Source of the DNA: Macrostomum hystrix
Taxonomy: Eukaryota; Animalia; Platyhelminthes
Reading direction: 5' to 3'
DNA: 64,000 nucleotides
NCBI GenBank assembly: GCA_950097015.1
Contig: CATNEN010000038.1
Coordinates: 18,042,001 to 18,106,000, forward strand
Shown here: positions 1 to 12,110 of the stretch, piece after piece
How positions within the stretch are numbered: position 1 is the stretch's first letter
Layout: each line of letters begins with the position of its first letter
Notes under the pieces: model-generated
Database searches by the model: none
Seen by the model: only the letters and a program-made list of their open reading frames with translations
Told to the model about the DNA's origin: nothing
Made by a program: the position numbers and the translations under genes

Positions 1-585
1 TTCGCTGTCAGGCATTCAGCCTGTCTGACGGTCCGTGCCAGCTGTTCGTGTTCGACAAGTGCAGCAAGTCTGTGAGGAACTGCAGCTGCTCGAAGAGAGG
101 CCAGGTGTTTGTGAAGAGACAGTCTGGTCTTCCGCCAGGCGCTCTGTGTCCGTTGAGCTACGGCACGGACCTCTGCGACGTCAAGTACAATTGGATCGGG
201 AGCGAAAGCGCAATGGCCTGGCATGAGGCCAGGCAGATGTGCGACTCGGAGAGCGGCCTGGTCATCATGGCCGACGGCCGACGTGACCATCCCTGCGGAG
301 AGGAGCCACATTAGTTCCTTGGGAACAGGAGTCTCGGGTCTTACATTATGGCTCGGAGGCTTCCAGCAGGCAGGCAGCGCTGAACCCGCTGGTGGTTGGA
401 GCTGGGTCAGCTGCGGACTGGCCATCCAGAACAATAGCTTTTTGTGGGCTGCCCGTGAGCCAAATAATTCCGGCGGAAATGAGAACTCGATTATCAGGTT
501 CGGCTCGGATTCAGGCCTTACTGATGTGAATGACGCTCATAGTCCAGTCAACTATGTTCTGTGCGAGTGTCCATCGCCATTTTGA
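1..585 (+). pseudogene. PAN/apple + C-type lectin gene (5' end outside window), frameshifted
   Basis: Frame 3 from the window edge reads RCQAFSLSDGPCQLF (PAN-like), then AWHEARQMCDSESGLVIMAD (CTL start). A 7-nt tandem duplication ggccgac (269-275/276-282) shifts the frame into ADVTIPAE...LWLGG...WSW...EPNNSGGNEN...YVLCE, stop at 583-585. Confidence 0.75.
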
Positions 586-1604
586 CAAGGACCAATAGGA
601 GTAGAAAGGATGAAAAACGACGCATTTCAAACATTTAGAAATGTCAAGCAAATTTCTAATAAACATGTTTCTGAAAAAAATGAAGGCTGGTTTTCGCAAA
701 AAATACACTAAGGAAATTTTCACATCCTTCTATTTAAACGGTGACAGCTTTTGATTGGAAGTTGTTTGATACAAAACTGTTCTTTTGAAGATCAAATTGT
801 CATGTATAAGACTTTATTAAACTCGGTGGAGCAACATTAATTAGGCAAGTTATTTCAAAAGAACAGTGTGCATTGACTGCATTGAGTGCGCTTAAACTTC
901 ATTAAGACACCTAAAAAACTATAAACAGGATTGTAGTTTTAATGCCGATTGATCCAACGATATAAACGGATAAAAAATAAACTGCTTCTTATTGTTCGTT
1001 GGACTGGTTGGACTAATAGTAGCTTGTAAAGCAAGATTTCAAGGAAAAAACGTTCATTAACAAAAGAGAAGACTGTACTGTATTTGCACGCCTAAAAATC
1101 CACATGCATTTCCTTACCTAGACGCATCGATTTCCCTGCTGTCGGCAGTTGCTAGGCCAGAAACAATACGCCAGTTTTAGCTAACTTCCGATCGTGCCAT
1201 CGTGGCCTTTCAAATGAAGTTCCGGGCTACCATTACTAAAGTTGTGCTATAGCTAGTTGAATAATTGGGTTTTCAAACGAAGCTAAAAAACTTCGGGATT
1301 ATGCAAACTCAGCAGAGATTTCACTGACTGCAGAGCAGATTGCTAGTTTGTAGTAAAGACAAAGAACAACTCTATTTCTCAGATTTTTCCCCTGATAGTC
1401 TTCATCAGCGACATCAAGGAGGTGAGTTTACGCTTTTAAGTTAAAGGGAACAAATTTTCAAACTGCTCGTAAGAATTGGATGCGCTATCAAAGGGCTTGC
1501 AGGGTATCCTTAACATTGCCGACAATTCCCATCGACAGTTCAATCGAAAATTCTAACACAATTTGAAAAGTATTAATGAAATAGTTTTATATTTATACAG
1601 TTTA

Positions 1605-1810
1605 TTAAGGCACAGTGAGAGTGTACACTGCCTGACAATGAGAAAGTCAGGGCAGATGTACACACCTGTGAGAGCGTATCCGTGTACGGTGTCCGTGTGC
1701 GTGTGTGCTCAGGAGCCAGCGAAATGGGCAGAATTGTCTCCTCTCTGGCTGCGGTTTTTGTGGCACTAAATAACTTGCCATTGCTATCAGCCCTTATGCG
1801 ATTGTTTTTA
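1605..1810 (+). mobile_element. SINE family A, 5'-truncated copy
   Basis: Matches the 3' body of the full copies (aaggcacagtgagagtgtacactgcctgac...gtcagggcagatgtacacacctgtg...gcgaaatgggcagaattg). Confidence 0.8.
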
Positions 1811-2241
1811 TATTAATTATATAAAGTTCCATTTCTGAGTGCAGTAGGGGTAATTAGATGTTATAGGTCTATAACAATATCCCACTGCTTGGCACCAAAG
1901 TTGTTACAGGCCTATTATCTAAAAATACATACTACAAACACAACATCTATAAAACATATTTACACTGTATCATTAAGGACAGGGCTGCCGACTAGATGCA
2001 AGCACGTTTTTTGAGTATTTTCTTATTAGTACGCTAAAACTACTGCCGTTTAAATTAATATAGGCGCATTTCACCCCAGGTCAGCTTAATTGCAACATAC
2101 TCGTACACACATAGGTAAGAAAAAATTCTAAACATCGTAAATCGATTCGTAGATAGGATATTCTAAGTAGAATCACTATTCTCAGGTCTACATTTATGTA
2201 CCCAGTTCTCAGTTACATTCCTACAAATTTCATCGTCGCAT

Positions 2242-3066
2242 CTACCCGCGCAGAAACTTGGCCCAGCCAGTGCTCGGGTCCACATCCAGGCTGGTCTGCG
2301 AGTCGCTGAACTCCAGCACGCGGCAGCGGCGCTGGGCGATGTTGAAGAAGAAGCTGCGGCTTAAGGGTCGGGCGCCAGCCAGCATGGCGCACTCGCGAAG
2401 CGCCGCCACATCGACGTGCTCGGTCCAGCAGTACCTGCTCTCAATGTTCGTATCCGATCCGGCAGGTCGCGGAGGCTAAGGAATCCAGCGAGTGCGGCCA
2501 GTTCTGCTACCTGGGCCAATGTCAGCGGTTTCGCAGGTGGGCTTTGGAGTATCGGGCTTCAACTCGCACACGAAGCCAGCAGAGCTGTCATCGCAAAACT
2601 TGTCCATCAGGCCTTGCTTTCCATTTGCGCTGCTGAACATGACGCAGTCCTGTTGCTGGTTGTTCGGATCTGTTGGATGCCACGGACCGTCTGGATCGGC
2701 GGATGCGTTGATCATGATGCCCCTTCCGTTCACAAACTGCCAACCGTCGCGTTCTCTCTTTCTCTCATTCGCCAGATCATTCACACCGACCCACAAATTT
2801 TGATTGGGGTTGGTATTTCGCAAGTTGCTGATCACATCAAAGTTGGTGAGCAGTTCGGCTCCGAGTTTGGCGCACTCACGATTCGCATCGCACCAGGAAA
2901 CTGTGACGCTGTTGTTGACGCGGATGCAGCTGCCATTCAGAATATTCCAACTGGGTGGACAGTTGCGATCCTGCATCGAAAGCTGCGGGAGGTTGCCAAG
3001 AAGTAGCAGGGACAGCAGTGCCACGGATGCGACGCTGAAGACGCACTGCAGTTCACGGATTGGCAT
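2242..3066 (-). CDS. Secreted C-type lectin + PAN-like protein; in-frame TAG at 2476-2478 truncates it after the CTL domain (truncated allele, pseudogene or readthrough)
   Basis: Signal peptide, CPPSW...SWCDANRECAKLGAEL...LWVG...DPN...C...LMD..C...FVCE. Paralogous to 7986-8810, where this codon is CAG. The frame continues intact after the TAG to a second TAG at 2242-2244. Confidence 0.8.
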
Positions 3067-3889
3067 TTTAAAAACTGACGAAGCTTTGGTTCGTCAGTAG
3101 CTTAAGTTTAGTGAATATAGCTTTACTGAAGCTTTTCTTCTGAGATAATGCAAATTTGTCAACGACAAGCCTTTTTTACTGCAGAACTGAATCCTAGACA
3201 GATGAGTTTTTTGTCTAGCAAGACAATAGACGACTTTTTGGAGCTAATTACTGTTGCTGTATCTATGGTTACTCAAATTTGCTTCCACTACAAAGAATCA
3301 ACCTCTCAGCCTGAGTTGCTGCTTGACAGGAGCGAGTTGAAAGTTGCGAAATGCCGCTGGATCTTCTTGTTTCTTTAAAGAAAATTTTCCATAGAATGCT
3401 TGTAACGAAACAATGCGCCCTTCTTCTTTGTAGTTGCTTTTTTCAGCAATACAGTTTAATGCGCGCCTTGCTAATTAAAGAATATTTTAGATGTACTAGA
3501 ATACGCTTCATTAGCCTTTTCTGCTCAGCTCTCTACACAGGCTTGGATGCATCACTAGAAATTCTGTTTTAGTGATGCTTTTTCTTCTCTGCTTTACCAC
3601 ACTAAGAATAAGCACGGACACTGACGCAAAGCATGGACTCGCATCCAGCGAGGCAATCCCGCCCATATTCTGGCTGACATGGGTTCGATTTCACAGACAC
3701 ACAAATACCTGCAAGAGGGGCATCCACTTACAAAGTTGTGCATACCTGTCGTAATTTTTTTCATCGTCTGGCAGTGTTTACTCTTACTGTGCCTTGGGGG
3801 TTAGAGAGGAAGTGGTCGATACCCATAGAGCTTTTATTACTGATCTCATGGTGCGCCGCTTGCGGCAGATTGGGGTGCCGCGACTCGGC

Positions 3890-4735
3890 CCACCAGTAGT
3901 TTCTTGGTTTGCTTGGACCGCGCTTGGACCAACCGCTCGGCTAGCAAAGCCAGGCTCGAGGTCAGAGCAATGGGCTGGTTGGGAGCTAATCTCTTCTGCT
4001 AGCTTGCCTTTCTTGAGGATTGGCACAATGTGGGCACGCCGCTACGCTGCGGGAACCTCTCCTCGGGACCAGGAGGTGCTGATCAGCCACACGATCGCCC
4101 GGCGGCCAGAGGCGCTAGATGCTGTAGATTTTCGACGCAAATATCACCCGGTCCCAGCGACTTCCTGAGTCTGAGGGGAGGGAGCGGAGCGGATGTCAAA
4201 CTCTCGGCCGGTGAAAGGCTTATCGAATTCCCGTCGCTTCGGGGAGTCAGAATCCGCCCCGGGGCGCTCCTGATGTTCAGTGGCCGCTCTTCCAGCACTT
4301 TCGTGACACCCAGGTGGGGTTGGCGTGCAGCTCCTTCTGGATTGAGGTTGCCTCGGGCAGAATCGGCAGATCACCAGCCTCGCCCCACTGGCCGTCGTGG
4401 TGGCGTCTGCTGAAAACCGTCAACTTCGGGGAGGTTGCCCAGTCAGATCGGGACGCAGATGGCCCGGGTGCCTGGCAGTCGTTAAATACTTTACTACGTT
4501 AAAAACTATCTCCCATCGCGAACAGTGTTAAACTGTCGCCTTGGGCAGCTCGGATGGGTGGGGCATACAGCCAGTGAATATCGAGACTCTCGCCGTTCTT
4601 TTCAGGCGAAAAGATCCTGATGCCCGCCCAGTAAGTGGTGACGTCGTCGGGTTCACAGCGGCGCGTCGAAACGCAGCCCTTCGCGGATGACGATTGCAAC
4701 GCCCCCGTGCCAATATTTGCATCCTAGCACAGTCC
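3890..4735 (-). mobile_element. Degenerate non-LTR retrotransposon (LINE) ORF2 fragment, region just before/at the start of the RT domain
   Basis: Across frameshifts the minus strand gives KSLGPGDICVENLQHL, STSWSRGEVPAA*RRAHIVPILKKGK and QPIALTSSLALLAERLVQAR, matching LINE motifs K.PGPD, W..G.VP..W..A.IVPI.K.GK and RPI.LTS...K..ER. Confidence 0.8.
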
Positions 4736-4929
4736 AAGAATGAGAGTTTTCATAATTTATAAGTGCTTGTGAGGTCTTATGCTCCATTGATCCTGAACTA
4801 GAGATTCAAGGAGGCGTGCTAAGAGACATTGGTGGACTATCACAGTGAGCCATACTCACGTGAATTGCCTACCCACCAATCTCAACACTCCACCCGAATA
4901 AAGGCAAGACAAAACAGGTTCAAAGTCTC

Positions 4930-5120
4930 CTACCAATCGTCAGGCAGTGTAAACTTCACTGTGCCTTGGAGGTTGGCCCTCAAGGGCGTAAATTGCACGA
5001 CAAGCTCCCAAGCCTTCTCTCCGAGGCTGCGCGCCAAATAAATGTGCTCTCGCCGAGGAATCGAAATTAGGGACGGTGGTGCGAGAGGCAAACGCGTTAA
5101 CGCTCTGCCACCGACCCCCA
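4930..5120 (-). mobile_element. SINE family A, 5' half including tRNA head
   Basis: Reverse complement ggggtcggtggcagagcgttaacgcgtttgcctctcgcacc...ttcgattcc...cccttgagggccaacctccaaggcacagtg. Confidence 0.8.
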
Positions 5121-5279
5121 ACTTCACTGCTTACTTATAGTAACAAGGTACAGTAAAAAGGTGCAAAAACATCCTGGAAAAGCCAGAAAATGACGCAGCT
5201 GTTGCTAAATTAATTACTTGCCAAATGCAGACTTTTGATACTGCAATCAGTAGGACCTTCATTTTTAAATAGAGACATA

Positions 5280-5465
5280 AATTACAACTAGCCCAACTGG
5301 GCCAGATGTACAGTCGGTGCCACAGCTGCAGCTATTGCCTAGTACTTCTAAAGCCTGTGTACTGTTGTTCAGTCCATGGACTGGGGAGTGGCCTACAGAC
5401 TTTTACCCCAGCTAGCACCCATTTTTCAGCTGGGCAAAGTGAAATTTTCTTGCTCAATGACACAC
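5280..5465 (-). mobile_element. SINE family B, diverged 3' part
   Basis: gggccagatgtacagtcg...cagctgcagctattg...ttcagtccatggactgggg matches the reverse complement of 28280-28410. Confidence 0.7.
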
Positions 5466-6307
5466 CTACTTTACCTGGGCTAAGAATCATACTATTGCAT
5501 GTGAAAACTAGCTTGAAATTCACTGTACGAGGTGTGTTTAGACACGCCTACGAACGTAACTGCAAATTTGTACGGCAAATTTGAGAAAAATTTGTACGGC
5601 ATCGGACACTGGAGGTGACGCTTCCAGATGCACTTGGTATGCGGTGCACTTTTAAGGGTAGTGAATCGATGAGAATATCTAATGAGGCCCTGAGCTGCTA
5701 CTCAGTGAATCGGTAGGCTTCATTAATTTGGACTAAAACAGAACTAAAAGATCAGAGCCCGTTGCGCTAGCTGGCTATCCATTTAAAACGAAATGGATAT
5801 CAGAAGGATATCAGAGTATTGTCAGAAACCGGCCAGATGCGCAGCCATTTGCGCAGTCGAAACTTTTGCGCATGCAGCGCACGCATGCTGAACATATGTG
5901 GTAGTGTGTTTTAAAGGTTTTCATTTTTGTATATACGTCATTTCTTACATTATAAAATTAGTAAAAATTAAAAAATCAAAAATGCGCCAAAAATATTTTG
6001 TTTTACTTTTTACCGTCATACAAAAATAATACTGTGTATAAATATTTTGTTTTACTTTTTACCGTCATAAAAAAATAATACAGTATATAAATATTATGTA
6101 AAATGTTTCAATTTAAAACAAACGCTAAGTTTTACTGTATATAAATAGCCGCAATCTGTGACCAAAAATAAAGAAGGCGCTGTTCGCTGGCTACTTGCTT
6201 TACAGTGCTTTAAGAGTCAGAACCATAAGTGTGTTCAAGACATAAAAAAAGAGTGCCTTGTGAAAGGAGTATATTGCGTTGTTCATTTTATAAGAGAGGA
6301 GAATATT

Positions 6308-6490
6308 GAGAACTATACTCAGAACTATACTCAAAACCATACTCAGAACCATACTCAGAACCATACTCAGAACCATACTCAGAACCATACTCAGAACCAT
6401 ACTCAGAACCATCCTTAGAATTATACTCAGAATTATACTAAGAATTATACTTAGAATTATACTTAGAATTAAACTCAGAATTATACTAAG
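6308..6490. repeat. 12-bp tandem repeat (agaaccatactc grading into agaattatactt)
   Basis: Direct inspection; the TQNH/ILRT ORFs are repeat artefacts. Confidence 0.9.
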
Positions 6491-7985
6491 AAAATTACAG
6501 AAGGAAAACTGCTAAACTCTAATCTCGGGGACGCCTAATTGACTGTAAACGCATACAGTTGCCTAATTACCGCTCGTGCAAACATATACGCTACCATTTG
6601 AGAAGTTAAAACGGCCCATTTAAGGACCGCCAGTTAAATATCTATTAAATTAAGTCAACAGCGGTGGGATCTTAATTAATAATTTTGCCCTGCAACAACT
6701 TTGGTAGCATTCGGTGAAATTAGATAATTAATTAGCTTAAGAAGTAAAGACCTGGTACAACTTTGGTGGCATCATTGAGATAAATACATAACAAAGAAAA
6801 TAGCCCTATATAACAACTAAGGCAACAGCGGTGGGATAGTAAATTTCCACCTATAACACATACACCCACATTTCTGCTCCAAGCTGATGCTGGTTCCAAT
6901 TTAGTTTATTGTGAATTGAAGCGCTAATTGATAATTCAAGTGTCTAGCTTAAGAACGCAAACTATTTCCCATATTAGGCAATGCGACGAAAATCGGTACC
7001 TCTAGGTCATAATTCCAAGGCTCTATAGCCTTAAAGTTACAAGCTAGAATCGCAGTTGTTAGCGAAGCTATCACAGGAAATTAAGTCTTAATACAATATT
7101 CTCTCTGGTTGGCACGTTGCAGGGCTGCCTACTTTGTTCGTTGATGCTGAAATAATCAATTTACTCGTACAAATTTACAAATCATCAAAGTACTCGTACA
7201 TCATATAGATATATCTACAATAAGAGAACAGTTGCCCTGAAGCAACAAGCAGTTAAATAATGATCATAATAAATATATTTGATTTTCCTGTTGTCCCTTA
7301 TGTTTTTACTATTTATTATTATTTTTAACTCCTAAATTATATACTGCAAGGTTAAAAAAACTGATAGGAAATCTGGGTAATTTAATGTGTAATTGTAAAC
7401 CTAGATAATATATTGTATTTAAATTAAAACACAGTAAATACATAGAAAATGTTGTTCTGAACAACGAAACAAAACTTTAAAACCATTACGAACCGCAAAA
7501 CAGCAGACTAACTTGGGATAAATTGGTTGAATTACCGTCCTTTGGCTCTATATATATTTGTAATTATTGCAATAAAATAGGCAGCCCAATCTGTTGGAAT
7601 GGATAGGCCGTTAAAGTCAAGGTGAAAAAAGTTTACAAGGTAAAGATAAATAGTAAGAGTGAGAAATAATTAACTGAAACATTCTGTCCGAAGTACTCAT
7701 AGTATAGCTCGTAGTATAATCGTAGAAAATTAAAAAAAACATTTTTGTGTTCTGAGAAGAGAAATTCTATAAGTAAACGAGACAAAGAGACATGTTCGTA
7801 ACAAGCCTTCCCTTAAGATGTGCGAATGTGTTACGCGAAAGGGTTTAGTTGTTTAACTAAAATAAAAATTCCTATTTAAGAACAATCAGATAACAGATTA
7901 AAGCATACTCGGATAACAAACAACTTTGATATCTTGACATGTCATGATTTTAGTATCTGTGAGACCCCGATTCAGTTCATCCAAT

Positions 7986-8810
7986 CTAAACACGCAGAAA
8001 CTTGGCCCAGCCAGTGCTCGGGCCCACATCCAGGCTGGTCTGCGAGTCGCTGAACTCCAGCACGCGGCAGCGGCGCTGGGCGCTGTTGAAGAAGAAGCTG
8101 CGGCTTAAGGGTCGGGCGCCAGCCAGCATGGCGCACTCGCGAAGCACCACCACATCGACGTGCTCGGTCCAACAGTACCTGCTCTCAATGTTCGTCTCCG
8201 ATCCGGAAGGTCGCGGAGGCTGAGGAATCCAGCGAGTGCGGCCAGTTCTGCTACCTGGGCCAATGTCAGCGGATGTGCAGGTGGGCGTCAGATTTTGGGG
8301 CTTCAGCTCGCACACGAAGCCGGCAGAGCTGTCATCGCAATTCTTGTCCATCAGGCCTCGCTTGCTGTTATCAACATTAAACATGAGGCAATCTTGACCG
8401 GGTGTGTTCGGGTCAGCCGGATGCCATGGACCGTCCGGATCGGCCAACAATGCCATCAAGACGCCCCTGCCATTCATGTACTGCCAGCCGTCGCGCTGCG
8501 TCTGTCTCTCATTGGCCAGATCACTCACACCGACCCACAGTGCTTGATTGGGGTTGGTATTTCTCAAGTTGCTGATCACATCAAAGTTGGTGAGCAGTTC
8601 GGCTCCGAGTTTGGCGCACTCGCGATTCGCGTCGCACCAAGAAATGCGGAAGGTGGAGTTGACGAGAATGCAGCTGCCACTCAGCAGGTTCCAGCCCGGT
8701 GGGCAGGCAGTCTGTTGAATTGACGGCCTTAGGCAGAATGTCAGCACGAGTAGAGACAACAGGGTTGCAGATACTGCGTCGAATGTGTTTTTTGCCACAC
8801 AAACCGGCAT
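7986..8810 (-). CDS. Secreted C-type lectin + PAN/apple-like protein, intronless, intact
   Basis: ORF 7986-8861; the ATG at 8810 (MPVC...) aligns with the paralog start MPIR. Signal peptide, CTL (CPPGW...C...SWCDANREC...LWVG...DPN...C...LMD..C...FVCE), C-terminal ECAML...SRSFFFNSAQRRCRVL PAN-like module. Confidence 0.88.
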   Translation of the reverse strand: MPVCVAKNTFDAVSATLLSLLVLTFCLRPSIQQTACPPGWNLLSGSCILVNSTFRISWCDANRECAKLGAELLTNFDVISNLRNTNPNQALWVGVSDLANERQTQRDGWQYMNGRGVLMALLADPDGPWHPADPNTPGQDCLMFNVDNSKRGLMDKNCDDSSAGFVCELKPQNLTPTCTSADIGPGSRTGRTRWIPQPPRPSGSETNIESRYCWTEHVDVVVLRECAMLAGARPLSRSFFFNSAQRRCRVLEFSDSQTSLDVGPSTGWAKFLRV

Positions 8811-9179
8811 GTTATTACTTGTAATTTTGTGTCTAAAATGAGATAATACAGGCCGGTACATGACCTGAACTCACGTTTAGTCTACTTAGCACATCACAGA
8901 GTCAACAATTTCTAACTTACTTGCTGGAAACTTGCATTTTTTTTCGCGATGATGGCAGCAGTTGATGAGTTGTCTCCTCGCGTTCGGCCTCAAACTCTTG
9001 TATGGACAACGAGTGAGTGAAGCAGGGAGGAAAATGGCGCAAGCAACCTTCTAAGATCCCGTTAAAGCGGCCGTTGCTACGCGACCATCTGTTGCTGGGC
9101 TTTCAATAGGCTCTCCTTGTGGCGATGACTTGGGATGGGTTGCTTTACAACTCCCTGCATTAATTAAGCCTATATTGCA

Positions 9180-9520
9180 GGGGGGTGATTGGCAGAGAGG
9201 TCTAACGCATTTGCCTCTCGCACCAAGGTCCCTGAGCTCGATTCCAAGGCTTCCGATTCCACATTGATTTGGGGCGCAGCCGCGGATAGAAGGCTTGGGG
9301 CTTGTCATGCAATTTACGCCCTTGAGGGCCAACCTCCAAGGCACAGTGAAAGTGTACACTGCCTGACAATGAGAAAGTCAGGCCAGATGTACACACCTGT
9401 GTGAGCGTGTGCCTTTGTACGGTATGTGTGCGTGCCTGCTCACGAGTCAGCGAAATGGGCAGAACTGCCTCCTCGCTGGCTGCGGGTCTAGTGTCACCAT
9501 ATGATGTGCCATTGACATTT
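9180..9520 (+). mobile_element. SINE family A, full-length
   Basis: tRNA-like head (tggcagagagg A box, gctcgattcc B-box variant) plus the conserved structured body. Confidence 0.85.
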
Positions 9521-11149
9521 TTTTGTTGTTATTAACATATAGTTTCCAACAGAAGCGTCTCACTGTTAACAATATCTGGGCGCTGAGTATTATTGTTGGT
9601 TATAGTTTTAAACTTGATTTTCATTTTATAATAAAAATTGTATGATTTGTTTGCCAATCAACTACATCGTTCAATGAAGTACTCGTCGATTGTTTAGTCT
9701 TTGGTGCACGATTTTGTAAGTACGAGTAAAAAAGTATATTTTTGTTTAATATAAACACATTGAAAGCAAGCTTGGAGTTTCCGAGTCAGAAAAGACGGCC
9801 TTGGCAGTGTTCTTCGTAGCTAGCTTGGGATCAGTTATGTACAAAAGGTACCTTTCCAGTGATTACAATCTTCCAAAGCTATAAGAATTAAATGTGATTG
9901 AGATTCGTAAATGTTTCTACTATTTATCGCCCGCCGCTGTCTATCATCTTTTGGTGCAAAGTTTGGCCTTTGTCTCTTGAATACATTTGCAATAGTCTTT
10001 TCATTTTAATTTTGTCACTTCTACGATGTATGTAAACGGGGTCAATTACCAATTAGGAAATGATGAAATTTTCCTGGCTTGATAGGTAATATAACTTTGG
10101 ATTGTCCGGGCGTTTATAATAGCTCTACAATAGCATTTTTTTCTGCAAAGCGTGCGGCTGTTAAAGGTAGTAAAATTTGTCCTAATAAGTAAAAATTTTA
10201 GCGAAGGACACACACAATAGAACAGACAATGAGACGCTGAGTGGCAAAAATCTAAAACTCCTCACTGTCTATTGTATAAACTTGCTAATAAAATATTCAG
10301 TTGTAGAATCAAACGAAACTAGGCTCTGTGAGGCGCTGCCATTGCTGAAAAAGTATGTAATCAAATTCTAAATAAGGGAGATGAAGTTTGACATAATCGT
10401 GCGCAACGTTTCATTTTTGTCATGAACAAGTGGCTACTATAGTAGGCTGTTTCGATCAAATAGATTTTCACGAAAAAATTTGTGCATTAGCGAGATAGAA
10501 ACTTTTCACGTTTGTCACATAAAAATGTTGATCAATTTTTATTGGAAGCTAGCTGTTCCAATGCTGTTCTTCTAATACTCGTAAATATTGCAAAACATGT
10601 TCCTTCAAAGAATTTTTAAAAAAAACTTCATTTATGAATAATTGATCTTCATTTTATCTTCGTTTATTTATCATGAATCTCAATAGTAATCAATTATCTG
10701 ACATAAAACCAGCCAATAGCTGGGCCTACTGATTTCCAAGACTGATCTCATTGCAACTAGGTTAAGTACTGCTTTTGTCACTGATTTGCTTTCGTTGCAG
10801 GAACGTAAGAAAGCGTTTGAGAACGAGGCTGGAATGAGCTTATCAGTTTTTGGAAAGCATGGAGTGAATAAGTATAGTCTCACATGACAGTCGAGCAAAA
10901 TATGTTGCTAGGCATCTGATGCACAATAGCTCGGGCCGCTGAATCATGATAAACTAGTCGAATGGGGCTTGCAAGAATGATTGAGCAACTCATAATTCCA
11001 AGGGAAATTTAGTTTTTTTGTGCTGGAATTTTACGTTTTGATTATTCCTGAATATTTTACATTTTTTATTCGGGCTGGGAAAAATATATAATTTTGTTCA
11101 TTGTGTCCAACAGCACTGCAAACAGGCTACAACGCTGTCTTTTTTTTAC

Positions 11150-11412
11150 AGTGAAGGCTTTGGGGACTTGCCTTGCAATTTATAGGCACACGAGGGTCAA
11201 CCACCAAGGTACAGTGCGCGTGTAGCACTTTTTGAAGATCAGAAAGTCAGCGCAGATGTACACACCTGTGTGAGCGTGTCTGCGCATACAGTATCTGTTT
11301 GCGAGTGTGCTCAGGAGTCGGCCAAATGAATAGCATTGCCTCCTCGCTGGCTAGGGATCTTCTGTCAACAAATGATGTGCCATTGCCCACAGCCCTCCTG
11401 CAATCATTATCA
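11150..11412 (+). mobile_element. SINE family A, diverged 5'-truncated copy
   Basis: gaaggctttgggg...caatttat...agaaagtcagcgcagatgtacacacctgtgtgagcg...gcctcctcgctggc...cagccctcctgcaatcattat. Confidence 0.75.
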
Positions 11413-11784
11413 TTTTTAAGACCTAAAGAAGCGTTCTAAAAAGCTGTCATATTCGTTTATTACGAGAAGCTAATCAGTTTGAACGTCAAACTCTTGGTAA
11501 CTCGTCCTTTCTTTTACAAAAATTTCGCTATCAGATGTGAAGTGATTCGAAAACAAGATGTTCATACCTTCTGGTCCGCAGCGAAATGGCTAGCTAAACA
11601 CTTTATCGTTTTCTGGTTACTTTTTGCATCTGACGAAAGTTTAAAGCAAAATTAAAACGGTTATTTAAAAAAAAACATGGAACTGGAACTTAATTGTTTC
11701 TGGGCATCTTCAAGAATCGGTGTCATCAATGGATGGCACCAACTGGCAACACACTTAATTGCGAATTTCTCCAGTCCAGTCCTG

Positions 11785-12110
11785 GGGGGTCGGTGGCAGA
11801 GCGGTCAACGCGATTACCTCTCGCACCACGGTCCCTAAGTTCGATTCCCCGGCGAAGCCACATTTATTTGGGGCGCAGCCGCCGAGAGAAGGCTTGTAGG
11901 CTTGTCGTGCAATTTACGCCCTTGAGGGCCGACCTCCAATTAGGCACAGTGAAGCGTACACTGCCTGACGATGAGAAAGTCAGGGCAGATTTACACACCT
12001 GTGTGAGCGTGTGCCTGCGTACAGTATCTGTGTGCTCAGGAGTCAGCGAAATGGGCAGAATTGCCAAATGATGTGGCACTGCCTGCAGCCCTCCGGCAAT
12101 TATTATTATT
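11785..12110 (+). mobile_element. SINE family A, full-length with 12-bp target-site duplication
   Basis: A box tggcagagcgg, B box gttcgattcc, (att)n tail; TSD agtccagtcctg at 11773-11784 and 12111-12122. Confidence 0.92.

Noticed and set aside
5526-5545. Mariner-like TIR start TACGAGGTGTGTT
   Set aside because: No matching opposite TIR or transposase found.
6650-6845. Degenerate caactttgg...gcggtgggat repeats, also inverted at 1871-1911
   Set aside because: Too decayed to define an element; probably an old dispersed repeat.
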